Source of the DNA: Trichinella spiralis | Taxonomy: Eukaryota | Direction of reading: 5' to 3' | DNA length: 64,000 nucleotides | NCBI RefSeq assembly: GCF_000181795.1 | Contig: NW_003526943.1 | Coordinates: 3,362,609-3,426,608, forward strand | Shown here: positions 27,188 to 39,367 of the stretch, piece after piece | Numbering within the stretch: the stretch's first letter is position 1 | Layout of the letters: each line of letters begins with the position of its first letter | Position numbers and translations under genes: made by a program | Notes under the pieces: model-generated | Databases searched by the model: none | What the model was told of the DNA's origin: nothing | What the model saw: only the letters and a program-made list of their open reading frames with translations

Positions 27188-29381
27188 TTCGACAACAGAT
27201 ACGCTTGAATTTCATAATTTGAAACTTATTTATAGGCATTTTCTTTTAAAATAAATACGACAGACTTTGCTAAAACAATACCAAAATTAAAGCTTAGAGA
27301 ATATGTGCAAATTTGACTTTTCAGTCTTTCGAAACTGAACTTACTAGTGAACAGAGGAACAGCACAAAAGCGAAAGCTGACTTGGGTTAAATTTATCAAA
27401 AGCTGCTTAGCGCAAATATGCAATTTATACTTCGCCAAAGCTGTTAAAACAGCCTTATCATAGGCACTAATTAATATCTTCGTGCCTTTTGCTGATGGCA
27501 AAGAATACTTATTTTTGCAAATTGTGAATCTACTTCGATCAACGAATTGTTCTTAGTAAATTCATATCTAATAATAATCAATGAATTTTCCACTTGTATT
27601 AAACATTAAGTGTTGTTTTTACGCTATTTTTTTCTTTTTTAAAATAAAGGTGAAAAAAGGAAACTTTTTTAAAAGAAAGATAACCTCTTTAAGGTTATTT
27701 ATAACAAATAAAAGTTTTAATTGCATGTTTATAAATACGCAAAGTTTGTTAATACACAACATAGGTCTATACTTTATGCTTTTCTTTAAATTAATTTAAA
27801 TCAATCAAATTTATTTCGTTTTGATATTTTTATATTTAAATGCTTATGGGGTTTTAGAGACATTAATTTTAACGCGTTGTTTAAATGAAGTTTTTAAATA
27901 TTCTACTTCTGTTAATTGTTACGTAACAGAGCATTACATAAAATGAACAAATATATCCTACAGTCTTTTATTAAATTAAAAAAAGTCTGAAAAGTATATT
28001 TAATAGTAATATAGTATTTAATTTTAAAATGCTGTATATTATAATAAGCAAGCGTCAGTTACAAGAAAATCATTCATAAAAATGTTTTTATTCACATAGT
28101 TTCAAGGTCAAAAATTTTTTAATAAATTGAAGCATTATTATTTATTTTAAAGATTGGCTTTCACCATGTGCAAGTTCTTTTTATTATTTTCCAACTGTAG
28201 AAGCAATTTTGTTCAAAAATTTAATTTCTATCATAACTTTTTATTCTTTAAAATGATTTTCAAGTGATTGTATGCAAATGCTTTTCATTTACATATACAA
28301 CTTGAAATTTTTTGGTTACATTTGTCAGAATAGTTTATTAAAAATTTTTATAGCTTTAAAAATTAAATATTTATAAGCGTTAAAAATTATTTCATTATTC
28401 TCAGTTTTATTCTAAAGTTTATTTGGATTTAAATTTATTTGCACTTCTAAAATTTGATTATTTTTATAGATTGTTTTAGCTACAGTTTGAAAAAAAGAAC
28501 AACAAATTGATTTATGTAGAAATTGATCACATCAAAGACAGTTTTTATTTGCCAATAATATCAATAGAAATCAAAAATTTACATATTATAAAATTAATTA
28601 ATTAATTAATTAATTGAATTGAAATGCAGGTGGTTAAATGAAAATTACCATATTTCACTACATACCATACTGTACACTAGAAAACTTTCTGTTTAGAATT
28701 TGTGATTGGTGAGTTGACATAATTTCTTAAATAAATGAAACACTTTCATGCTGCAATGCAGAAAACTGATTTTCATTGATTTTTATATGCTCAATTGTAC
28801 ATTCTCTCACTAAAAGTATTAAATTTTACTTACTGCATTTTACTTATTTCTTAATTTATAAAGCAAAAATGCAATTATTTTAAGTGATGAATTAGCATAT
28901 TTGATAAGATTTATTAAGTAAACTATTGTAAAATAAATTAAAACAGATGTTTTTTTGCTTTTGCAATGCATTTGCAATGTTTTTATTTGGTTGTATGTAA
29001 AATATTTTATATTATTTTTTGAAATGATATATGACATTTCAAAATTTTGCATAATTTTTTTTAAAAAACTGGTCGAAAATATTATCTGCTCAAAGAAAAT
29101 GTTAATCTAAATATTCTCTTGTAATCTTATTCTTACTTCTCTTGTAAAAATGAAATTATACAAATTTAAATTTGTCTATTATGAACATTTATTTGTATGA
29201 ACGGATGTATATAAACATTTATAACTTACAATGATTCTGTTCAGAAGTGCAATTAATGTATTGGACACCAACATGAAACTGCTATTATGTAGCTTAAAAT
29301 ATTTTGCATTAATAATTTTCTTAAATAATGAATGCATATTTATTTTATAAAGCACTACAAAAATAAATTATGGCAGTCATT

Positions 29382-31102
29382 TTAGCAACATTTTCCACTT
29401 GTATCATACGGGCAAGGAATAATGTTTGCTGCTATGGTAGAGAAAATTGTAGAAAGTTGGAACTGTTGAAGACAAATTGCTGCGCCTGCTGCACTTAACA
29501 TTTCTTTACGCTAAAGTTATTGAAAAATTATGTTCAAGTCGTAAAATGGAATATTTTGATGGACTTTATCATTCATTGCAATACTTAGTAATTACTTAGT
29601 AATTAAATGATGTATTTTCATTTAGACTTGATTATGTAATTCAAACAATTATACTTTTAATATAATGCTTAATGTTATTCATTTCATAATAATAAATTAA
29701 AATATTTTTAAAACGTACAGTATATTTGTTGGTTGTAAAGCAAAACGTAGGTTGATTTTCTACAACTATCCACTGTGACTGATCATTCACTCTTGTAGCC
29801 TGCTGGGTACCAACTAATATTGGACTTTTTACAACTTTGACAAAGCCAATTCTTCCACCGCATGTTGTAGTTAAGGTTCCATCAGTTTTAGCCCAAATAC
29901 GTATATTTGCCTGTAGCCTTGTTACAAGTAATTTGCTATACATTTCTAAAAAACGGCATTTTGATATGAGCACTGTTTTGCTACAAGTTACGAATAACAC
30001 AAACCAAGTCGACTGTCAAACATTTTTGCATAAATGTTTATTGGTACTGATGTTTTTTGAGTTGTTATGGTTTGCAAATCCCAAAACATGGGAGTCTGAA
30101 CTTCTATATTTCCTTCAAGGAGCTGCATTAATTCTTGCTGCTCCGTTTGAACAGTTTCGTTCATGGAGTAAAAGAAGATTAATGGTTGTTGATATGAAAG
30201 GGATGTTGCTATAGCAAAATAATTATAATTAGTAATTGTTTTGAATTGCTACTAATAGAAACAATGCAATAGAGCTGTGAAACACAAATAATGTCAATCT
30301 GTTATTTACTTGTTTATTTCATATTGAAACCTACCTATTGAAGCAATATCTGACTCAGATATTTGCATGCATAAACCCATTTGTCCCTGACTTGTTAGTG
30401 TTTGTGGCCACACCCATCCTACACCGTTTTCCAGAAAACCGTCCATCGTATAAACAAGGTAAAAAGCTTCATCTATTGTTTCTGAATTTGTTAACATGAG
30501 TATTCCTGTAATTTTATCCTGATATATTAAAGTGTCTTTTAGATATTTCAGTTGAAAGATTCTTTGAAAATACCTTTTGAAGTTGAGTGTGTACTCATGC
30601 CCGTCATTGAAGGTGGGTTATTATTGTAACCAAAACCGCTGAGATTTTCAGACATTGGTTCAATCCATCCTTCAAGGGTTTCAACTAATGAATTGTTTTC
30701 TTTTGATGTCAATGGCGCTTTATCGGCTGTCCAAGTAAAAGTAGTTGCACTGATTATTTGTGCTATAGTTTTTTTCGGCAATTTGTAGAAAAGAAACCTG
30801 CAAATTTATTTTGTATAACATATACATAGAACACTTTTAAAATTCGTTAAAATAAACTAGCATTTAGACACTCTCATATTATATATATATAACTTTCATG
30901 CTAGATTTAGGAAATAAAACTTTTATATTTTCTTCATATTCAAATGATGAAAAAGCATTTCAGAGTGTGCATACCAATCTACAGCTTTACCAAGAGCTTT
31001 GCATTCAGCTGTTGCATTTGTTGCCTTTCCTGCTGTTGCTTTTACCAAAATGAATACAGATATAAGAAAAAGAATAAGGTGTTGAGGTTTTATGAGACTC
31101 AT
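29382..31102 (-). CDS. Secreted DNase II-like protein, p43 paralog (array copy 2), 6 exons
   Basis: Signal peptide MSLIKPQHLILFLISVFILVKATA; VDW|FLFYKLP; GYNNNPP..STSKG; FYLVYT; GQMGLC; TCGG; NDQSQW; ends IIPCPYDTSGKCC*. Same intron positions as its neighbours. Confidence 0.9.
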
Positions 31103-34100
31103 CTCAAAGCAGTATTATATAAGATAAATTTTATTTTCAACGTAATTTATATAAAATTTGTATTGCCACAGACGCAGATGTTAATTGATGAAGCATGGCT
31201 TTGCAGTATAAAATTTTCACGTGAACGACTATCAAAGCAAACTGTAATCCTTCACCCCAAGATTTCCATTAAAAGTGCAAAAACTGCTAATAATATAAAT
31301 TCAGTCAAGAATGAATAAAACCTTTTAGTTTAAACATTACAAAATCATCAAAAAATTCACTATATGAAATATAATTTAAATATAGATAACAATTTTTTAC
31401 GCTATCTTGCCTAACGTTATGTAAGATATTAATCAATTAATAACGTATTTAATGTAAAAAATATATGTATTAATGAATAATTTATAATAATATTATCGGC
31501 ATTTTTGTTTTGTCGTTCTTTTATAAAGCTTACGCTGCGTTTTCTCTCTCCAAGGGACTTCACTGCTTTCCATGGTGTAAATTCACTTTCATTCACCAAT
31601 ACTGTAAAAATTCATGACCATGATATCTTATAATTTTTATATAATTTACAGAAAGTGAACAACTAAAAATTATTGTATTTTTGTGTTTTTATATTCATCT
31701 TTTATTTGCTTTAAATATTCTAAATGTAGCAATTTGTGACTGAATGTAGCTTTGAATTATTTTTATCTAAAATTTTAAAAATGCATTGCCCTTTAAAAGC
31801 ATAGGTTCAGCTGGGCATCATGCGATGAATTCATTCAAAATAGGGTTGCATTTTTCATGAAATGAAATCTGCAATTTACTTTCCGTTACTACAAAATGTT
31901 TGTTTGGTGTGTGATGCTATTTATGAAATATTATTAGCAACAGCTTCACATATCAATAAATAATATACAAGTGTAAATGTCAATTATTATTACCTCCAAA
32001 TAATGCATTGAATAATACAAACCATGTGGTTACTAAAAATTAGAATACTTATAATTTTTTTAATATTTTATAAATAAATTTTATTTTATTAAATCTGATT
32101 TTATGAATAAATACATAAGTGATCTATATGAATATTATGTGAATAACAAAAAATGAATTATAAACTTCAAAAAATTATAAAGTTGCAACGCATGATTTTA
32201 TATAATGATTGGTGTTTGCTATTATATGTGACTAAAACATCAGTATTATAAAATTATAATAAGCATTATTATAATAGCAAATATGATTTATGTTAATTAC
32301 ATGCATTAATTTGTGTTTTTTTGAACTTTAAAACTCAGAAACTTCAGCTATATTTCATTATTGATATTTATTATGCTTTTCTCGCTGTATTGCTATGCTT
32401 TACTTCATCTATTCATTTCAGCTTATTTGTATTTTTTAGGACTTCTCTGTGTTATAATTTACTTCAGCACCTTTATGTTGAAATATATTTCATTATTTAA
32501 TAATTTCTAATAGTAAATTTTATTTAGAGTTTATTTGCAGTTCAGTATATTTATAACAATAAAAACTGAAAAAAATAGTTTAAAATCGTAATATAAAGTG
32601 AATTTTTTTAATCTATAAAAATTTTTTAAACAAAGATTTTCAACATATAATGATATGTTGCTTTTGTATCTAAGAGGAAATTTCAACAAATACTGTTAGG
32701 TACCGCTAGTCATACTCTATAAACTGCACATTATTGAACCTATGTGAATAAAAGTATGAAAACCTATCTTTATGTAGTATTATATATTGTAAAAGCTTAT
32801 GTCAAATTTATACCATGCTAGAGTAGCGTTGAAGTAATTAGCTAGTTGATTAAATTGTTGAAATGTTACAGAAGCTAAAATTTTTATAAAAAGATTGCTA
32901 CAGGTATTTCAAATTTTCTGGTTTAGTTTCTACAAATTATCTTTGTGGAAAATGTGCGAGTATCATATACATGATATTGTACATAAATTTATGCACTGTA
33001 TAAAAATACTATGCAACAAAGAAAAATATGGTAAAAGCTCAAACAATTTTAATTTATCATATCTAAAATCAGTGCAATTCGCAGTCATGCATGTTTTGAG
33101 TTGTTTTTGTTTTTAGACTGAAATTATTTGATTAGAGAGTCTGTCTTTTATTAATTAAGAAATTTATGCTATGGATGTACAGGACCTGTTTCCACTATTT
33201 ATAAATTGTACTTATTAAAATGTCAATATACTGATTAATCATTTGTAAACAATATTTTATGTGCCTAAATAATATGAATGCTTGACATTTTATAAATTTC
33301 TACATTATTCATTTTTGATAAAATACTTTCATCTTTCATTGCATTTGTAAAATTTTATTGCATAAAAGTAGTTTGCATTTATTAACTAAAATTACACTTT
33401 ACATGAAGTTATCTTTCTTACTTTAAATATTTCAAGTACTTCATTTCCAAAATATTTTGGAATACTATTATTAAAAATTTTTTAGCATTTTTTTATGAAG
33501 CAATTTTTCAGACATAAGCAGAAGCATAAATCAGATAATTAAATAGGTAGCAAATCTGAAATTCTCATTCTGATTTTTTGCATTATATTCATCTACATAA
33601 GTTATAAATATTATACATAATGTATGGTTCATGCCATCCATATAGTATAAATAATACACGGTAATACTGATGCTAAAATAATAATAAATGAAGACAAATT
33701 ATATATTGTAATGAAATTATGCCGTACTTTGGATTTGTGAACATCTGAGCATAGACTTTACAGCTAAATATCTTTTATAATTTTTCCAAGTATGAAAATT
33801 TTCTCCTAAATAAATAATAATTAGATTAAACAGTAGCATATTAGCAATTTGAGGTGGTGACAAATCAAAAATCAGAAATCAAATGCAAAAAGAAAATGGC
33901 ATATAACACGATATGAAGCTAAAATATTTCCGTCTTATATTAGACACAAAAATCTAATTGCTAAACAGTCTGCTGCTCATTTCTCTCTATTTGCAGCTAC
34001 TTATTTATTTTTCATAGATGGATTAATTTCATCCATTTTTGTTAAAACAATAAAGCAATGCGATTTACTTTCTCGTTTATTATCTGATTAACAAAAGGGC

Positions 34101-34609
34101 AGTCAAAATATTAAATAGTAAAACAGAAAATTAATTAAACAGTAAATTTAGAATTCATTTAATGTAATTCATTTAAAATTGTTATATTTTATAGTTTATT
34201 TCTATTTGATAATTTTTTTGCAATGGTATTTGTTTTTAAATGTAGATGTATTGACTGTTCTAAGAATAAGAATTGAACACTTTCATAGCAGTTATTTATG
34301 ATTGAAAGAGCGTTTATTGATATCATAGATTTAAGACGTGTTTTGTGCATTTATGTTCTAAGATATGAATAAAAATTAAGTTTATAATAAAAATGGAGTG
34401 ATCTGTGAATTTTTCATTTTTGAAAATCAAAGCCATTTTCAGTAAAAATTATCAAAAAATCAAAAAAGTGAAATCATGATCACTTATTTTATTATGAAAT
34501 TTCTTTTAGAAAGTGCAATTCATTCATTTTAGCAAACGCAAAGCTATTATTAATATATTTAAAGTAAGAAATTTGTATTATATTTTCATTGTTGAAAGCT
34601 ATTCTTCTA

Positions 34610-37424
34610 TTAGCTGTATGGGCAAGGAATAAAATTTGCAGCAGAAGTAGCAAACAAATTGCTGACTACTTGTTGAGTAATGCATGTAGCACTTCCAGCT
34701 ACTGTTCTCTGTTTAGTCTAAATTAAAATAAAGTTATAAGATAAAATTTAACAATCATACAATATGACTATATTTACAATCCATCTTACTTAAAAAGTAT
34801 ATAACAGCTTTAGCTAATAACTTCAACTTTTAATGAATTTACTATTTATAAATGAACTAAAATTAATAAATATCATGTAGTTTAACTGTTGAGCAATATT
34901 TTATAACATATTTGAGTTTTCATAATTTGTAATTAATATTTATAAATAATGAATTGACAAGTTAATGCACATGCGTATAACTATTAATGTGCATGAAGCA
35001 ACTTACAGAGTAACCATTTGTTGTAAAGCAGAACACAGGTTTGTCATCTATAACTGCCCATTGAGATTTGTCTTTGCTTCTATCATTTTGGGTGCCATCA
35101 ATGGTTACTGGGCTTTTGACAACTTTGACGAAACCAATTTTCCCACCACATGTTGTTTGGAGTGTATTATCTGTTACAGCCCAGATGCGCATATTGACTA
35201 CCATAACTTTAGCGAGGAAGCTACCATACATTTCTAAACATAACATATTAAAATAGATTTATTTTTTTAGTGCATTCTTTTACCTAATCGGGATGAAGAT
35301 GTTTTGGAATATACAACTGTTGAGAGTGCAGAATTTAGGGTTGTAATAGTTTGCTGGTTCCAGAGTGGTGGTGTTATTGTTGGCAGGCTCCCATCAATCA
35401 ATGATGTTAAATCAGCAAATTCCGTTGCCTTTTCTGATGAGACTTGACCAAAATAAATTACTACTTCCTGATATTGAAGTGCAGGAACTGAAATATGTTT
35501 TAAATGTTAGTGCTGCTTTAAAACCATTCTGATTACTTTCATATCTTTATTTATACCAGAAAGAGTTTATATTCAGTTACTGTCATTTATTTATTTTAAA
35601 ATGTTCAACTAATGTAATGTAGAAATGATTTAAAAAATACCTATTAGTGGCACATTATCTTCAGATATGCTTAAACAAAGAGCCATGTGACCTTCTGAAG
35701 TAAACTTTGAGGGCCATGACCAGGCAACGCTGTTTGGAAATGCTCGTTCAAAAGTGTGCAGTAACCAAAATCCATCCGTAGTTTCATTTCCAAACATTAA
35801 AATACCTAAAATTAATATGTCACGTCAAAATTTAAAGGTATTTGTAGTTCATACCTTTAGATGAAGTAGTCTGAGATGTAATCGTAGATTTTGGAGGCGT
35901 GTTGCTATAGCCAAGAGCTGTCATGTCATCAAGTATTGGCCCCATCCATTCAGCAAGCGTTTGAACCAAAGCGTGGCCGGAATCGGTGTTCATATTTGCT
36001 CCATCATTTGCCCAACCAGCATTAGCTGGAGAAATTATCTTAGCCTTTAATAGACCTACAGGTTTAAAAAGTAAAAACCTAAAATAAAAATGACGTGAAA
36101 ACATTTTCTGCTTCATTTTATATAACTCATTTTCATTTCATAACTTATTTTGCAGAAATTTAATAGTTCATTAGAATAGCATTATCCAAAAAATCCAAAA
36201 AAATACTTTTCAATGCAATTATCAAATATGACTACATTCATTAAACTTTTAAATTTTTCAAACAAAATTGTTTTTGCACATGTGAAATATAATTCATACT
36301 ACAGTCGAACTTGGTTAAGTGCACATAGAATTTGGCAAGAATTTCCATGCACTTATCCAAGTTGTGCACTCATCCATAGTTTGGAATTATGCAGGGTAAT
36401 TGAAAGGAAAAATAACTGCACATGTACAAATAGGTTTAATGCAAAAAAATGTCCATTTATTTTAAGTAAAATAGTCAGAAATGTAAGATTGAATTATATT
36501 TTACCATATCATTATTACTGTGTACCAGCATTATTAGCTGATCTTCAATTTAGTCTAGGTTTGTCTGATTTATGTTGATGGTCCTAAAAATATGACTGAA
36601 TTGTCACCAGATCTGCGACACTTCTTTATGAGTAACTGGTATGACTTTGGCGTAGTTCACCTTTTCTATAATACGCGTGCTTATTCTGATATAAGGAGCA
36701 ATAAACTTTGCTGAGTATCAATAGTTGTTATAGCTGATGATAGACATAAAGCGACCAGGAAAGAACCTATTGTGCACTTAAGGACTATATTTTGCGAAAA
36801 GTAAATCTGGTGGACCTCAGCAAAACGATGCATTTAACCAAGTTGTGCACTTATTCAAATGTGCACTTATCCATTATTTTACCGTATAAGAGGGAATTTT
36901 GTTAGGCCAGAAATTTGTGCACTTAAGGGAAAAGTGCGCTTAATCAAGTTCGACTGTATTACTATTAAGTAATAAAATAATTCTTGAAAATATGCACAAA
37001 AATTTATTACTTGAATAATCGTTGTGTATTTTTGATATGCATCATATTTCATATTATACTTTATGCAGAATGAACAAAAATGCTGCATTTTAAAAAGTTT
37101 TTAGTGCAAATGAGATATTTTAATCAGTTTAAAATGAAAATTTGATCAATATTTCTTGAAAATCATTCATTCATCAATTATTTAAAAATATAACTGACTT
37201 TATAAATTCATTTGCATTCAGCAAGCTTTTGCTGCATGGTAATGTTTTAAAATGCTCATTTATGAATTTCTTTTAAAAATATTTATTAAATGCTGAAAAA
37301 TACGCTTTTCCACTTACCATTCTGTATCATCTGTAGCAGTTCTGCATGTACAGTTAGCTGCATGAATTTGCAAACAGTTGTGCAAGATGACCCAGAAAGC
37401 ACTAAGAAAAATGTATATTCGCAT
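34610..37424 (-). CDS. p43: Trichinella 43-kDa secreted glycoprotein (p43/P49 antigen), DNase II family (array copy 3), 6 exons
   Basis: Spliced translation MRIYIFLSAFWVILHNCLQIHAANCTCRTATDDTEW|FLLFKPVGLLKAKIISPANAGWANDG...DKSQWAVIDDKPVFCFTTNGYS..NFIPCPYS* matches the T. spiralis p43 sequence as I recall it (not database-checked). Exons ~37424-37318, 36079-35854, 35806-35642, 35488-35285, 35233-35008, 34718-34610. Confidence 0.9.
36302..36956. mobile_element. Tc1/mariner (pogo/Tigger-like) MITE, 655 bp, in intron 1 of p43
   Basis: Left end TA|CAGTCGAACTTGGTTAAGTGCAC; right end reverse-complements to TA|CAGTCGAACTTGATTAAGCGCAC. TA target duplication at 36300-36301 and 36957-36958. Repeated internal TGCACTTA motifs near both ends. 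Confidence 0.9.
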
Positions 37425-37978
37425 AACTGAATATAACTGAAGTTTAGTAATTTTTCAGAATTTTAATTCTTATATAAAACCATATTCGTGTATTCATTTT
37501 TATTATTACTAAAGCTATTCTGTTACATTACAATGATGATATTGACTTACCTTATCAGAGTTAGATATTATTTAAACAATAAACATGGCAAGGTAGAATG
37601 AAATAAATACATTCACATAGATACAGAAAGGTGTATTTGATACTTTATGTGTGCTCATAAAATAGCAGCACAAAAGCAAGAACATAATGCAATTCAATTA
37701 CTTTTGAGTTATGCTGAATGCGTTGAAGATGTGATAAAAAAAATAGGACTACGAGAATACGCAAAATATGATAAAATTATATTTGCATAGACACATCAAA
37801 GGCTGATACGCGTGCTTTCTGCAACCGCCAAGGACAATAGCACAGCGAAGCACTGCAATGCATTGCTTTGATTTAATTATTCTTAGATATTCATTTCTTT
37901 TTATAGCATTTTATTATTTGTTAAATAATGCTTTACTTAGATGAATTTTGTATCACTTGGAGCAGCAATATAGTACTG

Positions 37979-38179
37979 ATTTCCCCCAATGAACTCAGCC
38001 TACTTTTTCTCGTCTGAATTTCATTGGTTGTCAGTCTGATAGGATTAGGCTGATAAATCACTATGCAAATTCATAACTGAATACCATGCTTCATTTCAAT
38101 GAAATTTAGTTACGTGCATCAAAGCAGCAACCATTGAAATTCACTGCAAAACTGTAGGCAGAGTTCATTGGGGAAATTG
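37979..38179. repeat. ~200-bp foldback/inverted-repeat element upstream of p43
   Basis: Outer arms TTTCCCCCAATGAACTCAGCCTAC (~37980) and GTAGGCAGAGTTCATTGGGGAAA (~38155-38177); inner arms GAATTTCATTGGTTG (~38016) and CAACCATTGAAATTC (~38128). Confidence 0.75.
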
Positions 38180-38785
38180 CGTCTACCCAAAAATTGTATA
38201 GTTTAGTTCATTTTCAACTAAGATATCTTAAATTAGGCTAAAAAATAAGTCTGAAATCAAAAATTATGAAATATGCTACTGAGATATTGACTTTATTAAA
38301 CAATTAACCTTGCATGTTACATAAATAATTATATTTTCTTATTACACTGTGATTGGCCCTAGCAGTTATATATTATTGGTTAAATGTATTTCCTTTAATA
38401 TCAGTCACCTTTTCTGCTTCATGTGAAGTATCTTTCTTTCTTTTACTTAATGTGTTTCGAAATATTTTATAATTTCTTTTCGCCTTCATAACGCATTGTT
38501 ACGTTAATTTTATTTTATCTTTAAATTAACAAAAATAATTTTTTCATTAAATTTTTTCTTTAAATTAACAAATTTTATTGATAAAAGATAATTAAAGTTA
38601 AATAACTAAACAAAAAATCAACGTAACAGTTTGTTCTGCTCCTAAATAAGTTATAGATTTTTTATTTCACATTATTATTGCATAAATACGTATCTTGCTT
38701 TAACTGATTTAATTAATTATTTTGAACAAGATTTGCTGAATGCCAATAAATGATGTTAGAGATAGATAGGTTTAAAAGTTAAATG

Positions 38786-38970
38786 CAGTAAAATTCCGTT
38801 ATAACAAATACCGACAAAACAAAATATTTGATATAACGAACATTTTTGGATTCCCCAGCGATTTCTTAATAAATTACACGAATTTAGAGTAAATTTCAAT
38901 ACAGTGAAATATTCGTCACAATAAAAAATTCATGAATCCCCTCTGAGTTTGTTGTATAGGAGTTTTACTA
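38786..38970. mobile_element. Degenerate Tigger/pogo-like MITE (~185 bp)
   Basis: Left end CAGTAAAATTCCGTTATAACAAA; right end reverse-complements to TAGTAAAACTCCTATACAACAAA. TA on the right flank, TG on the left. Confidence 0.5.
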
Positions 38971-39367
38971 TAAATGCATGTTAATGTCATCTGTATTTTA
39001 ATAGAGTTTAATGTTGCTTCAATAGAACTTTTATAAGGTTATTAAGATTTAATTATAGCATTATTTACTTTATTTTAATAGTTTCTTTAATGGACATTAA
39101 TTTTAAAATATTTGATAATATATTTTTAATCCTGCAGCATGTGATATAATTTGATGCATTGTCATATAAGCATTTACCATGTCATTTCAAAACTTAAATT
39201 CACATCTTGACATATGTCACTTTATTAGATTGCTTGTTTTTAAATCAGCATTTTTTCTTTTTATTTGACTTTCACTCATATTTATAACCCAAACACGCAT
39301 CAGTATCAGATAAACAAATGAAATATGCAGTGAAAAGTATCATAAACATTTATAATTTTAAATATTT

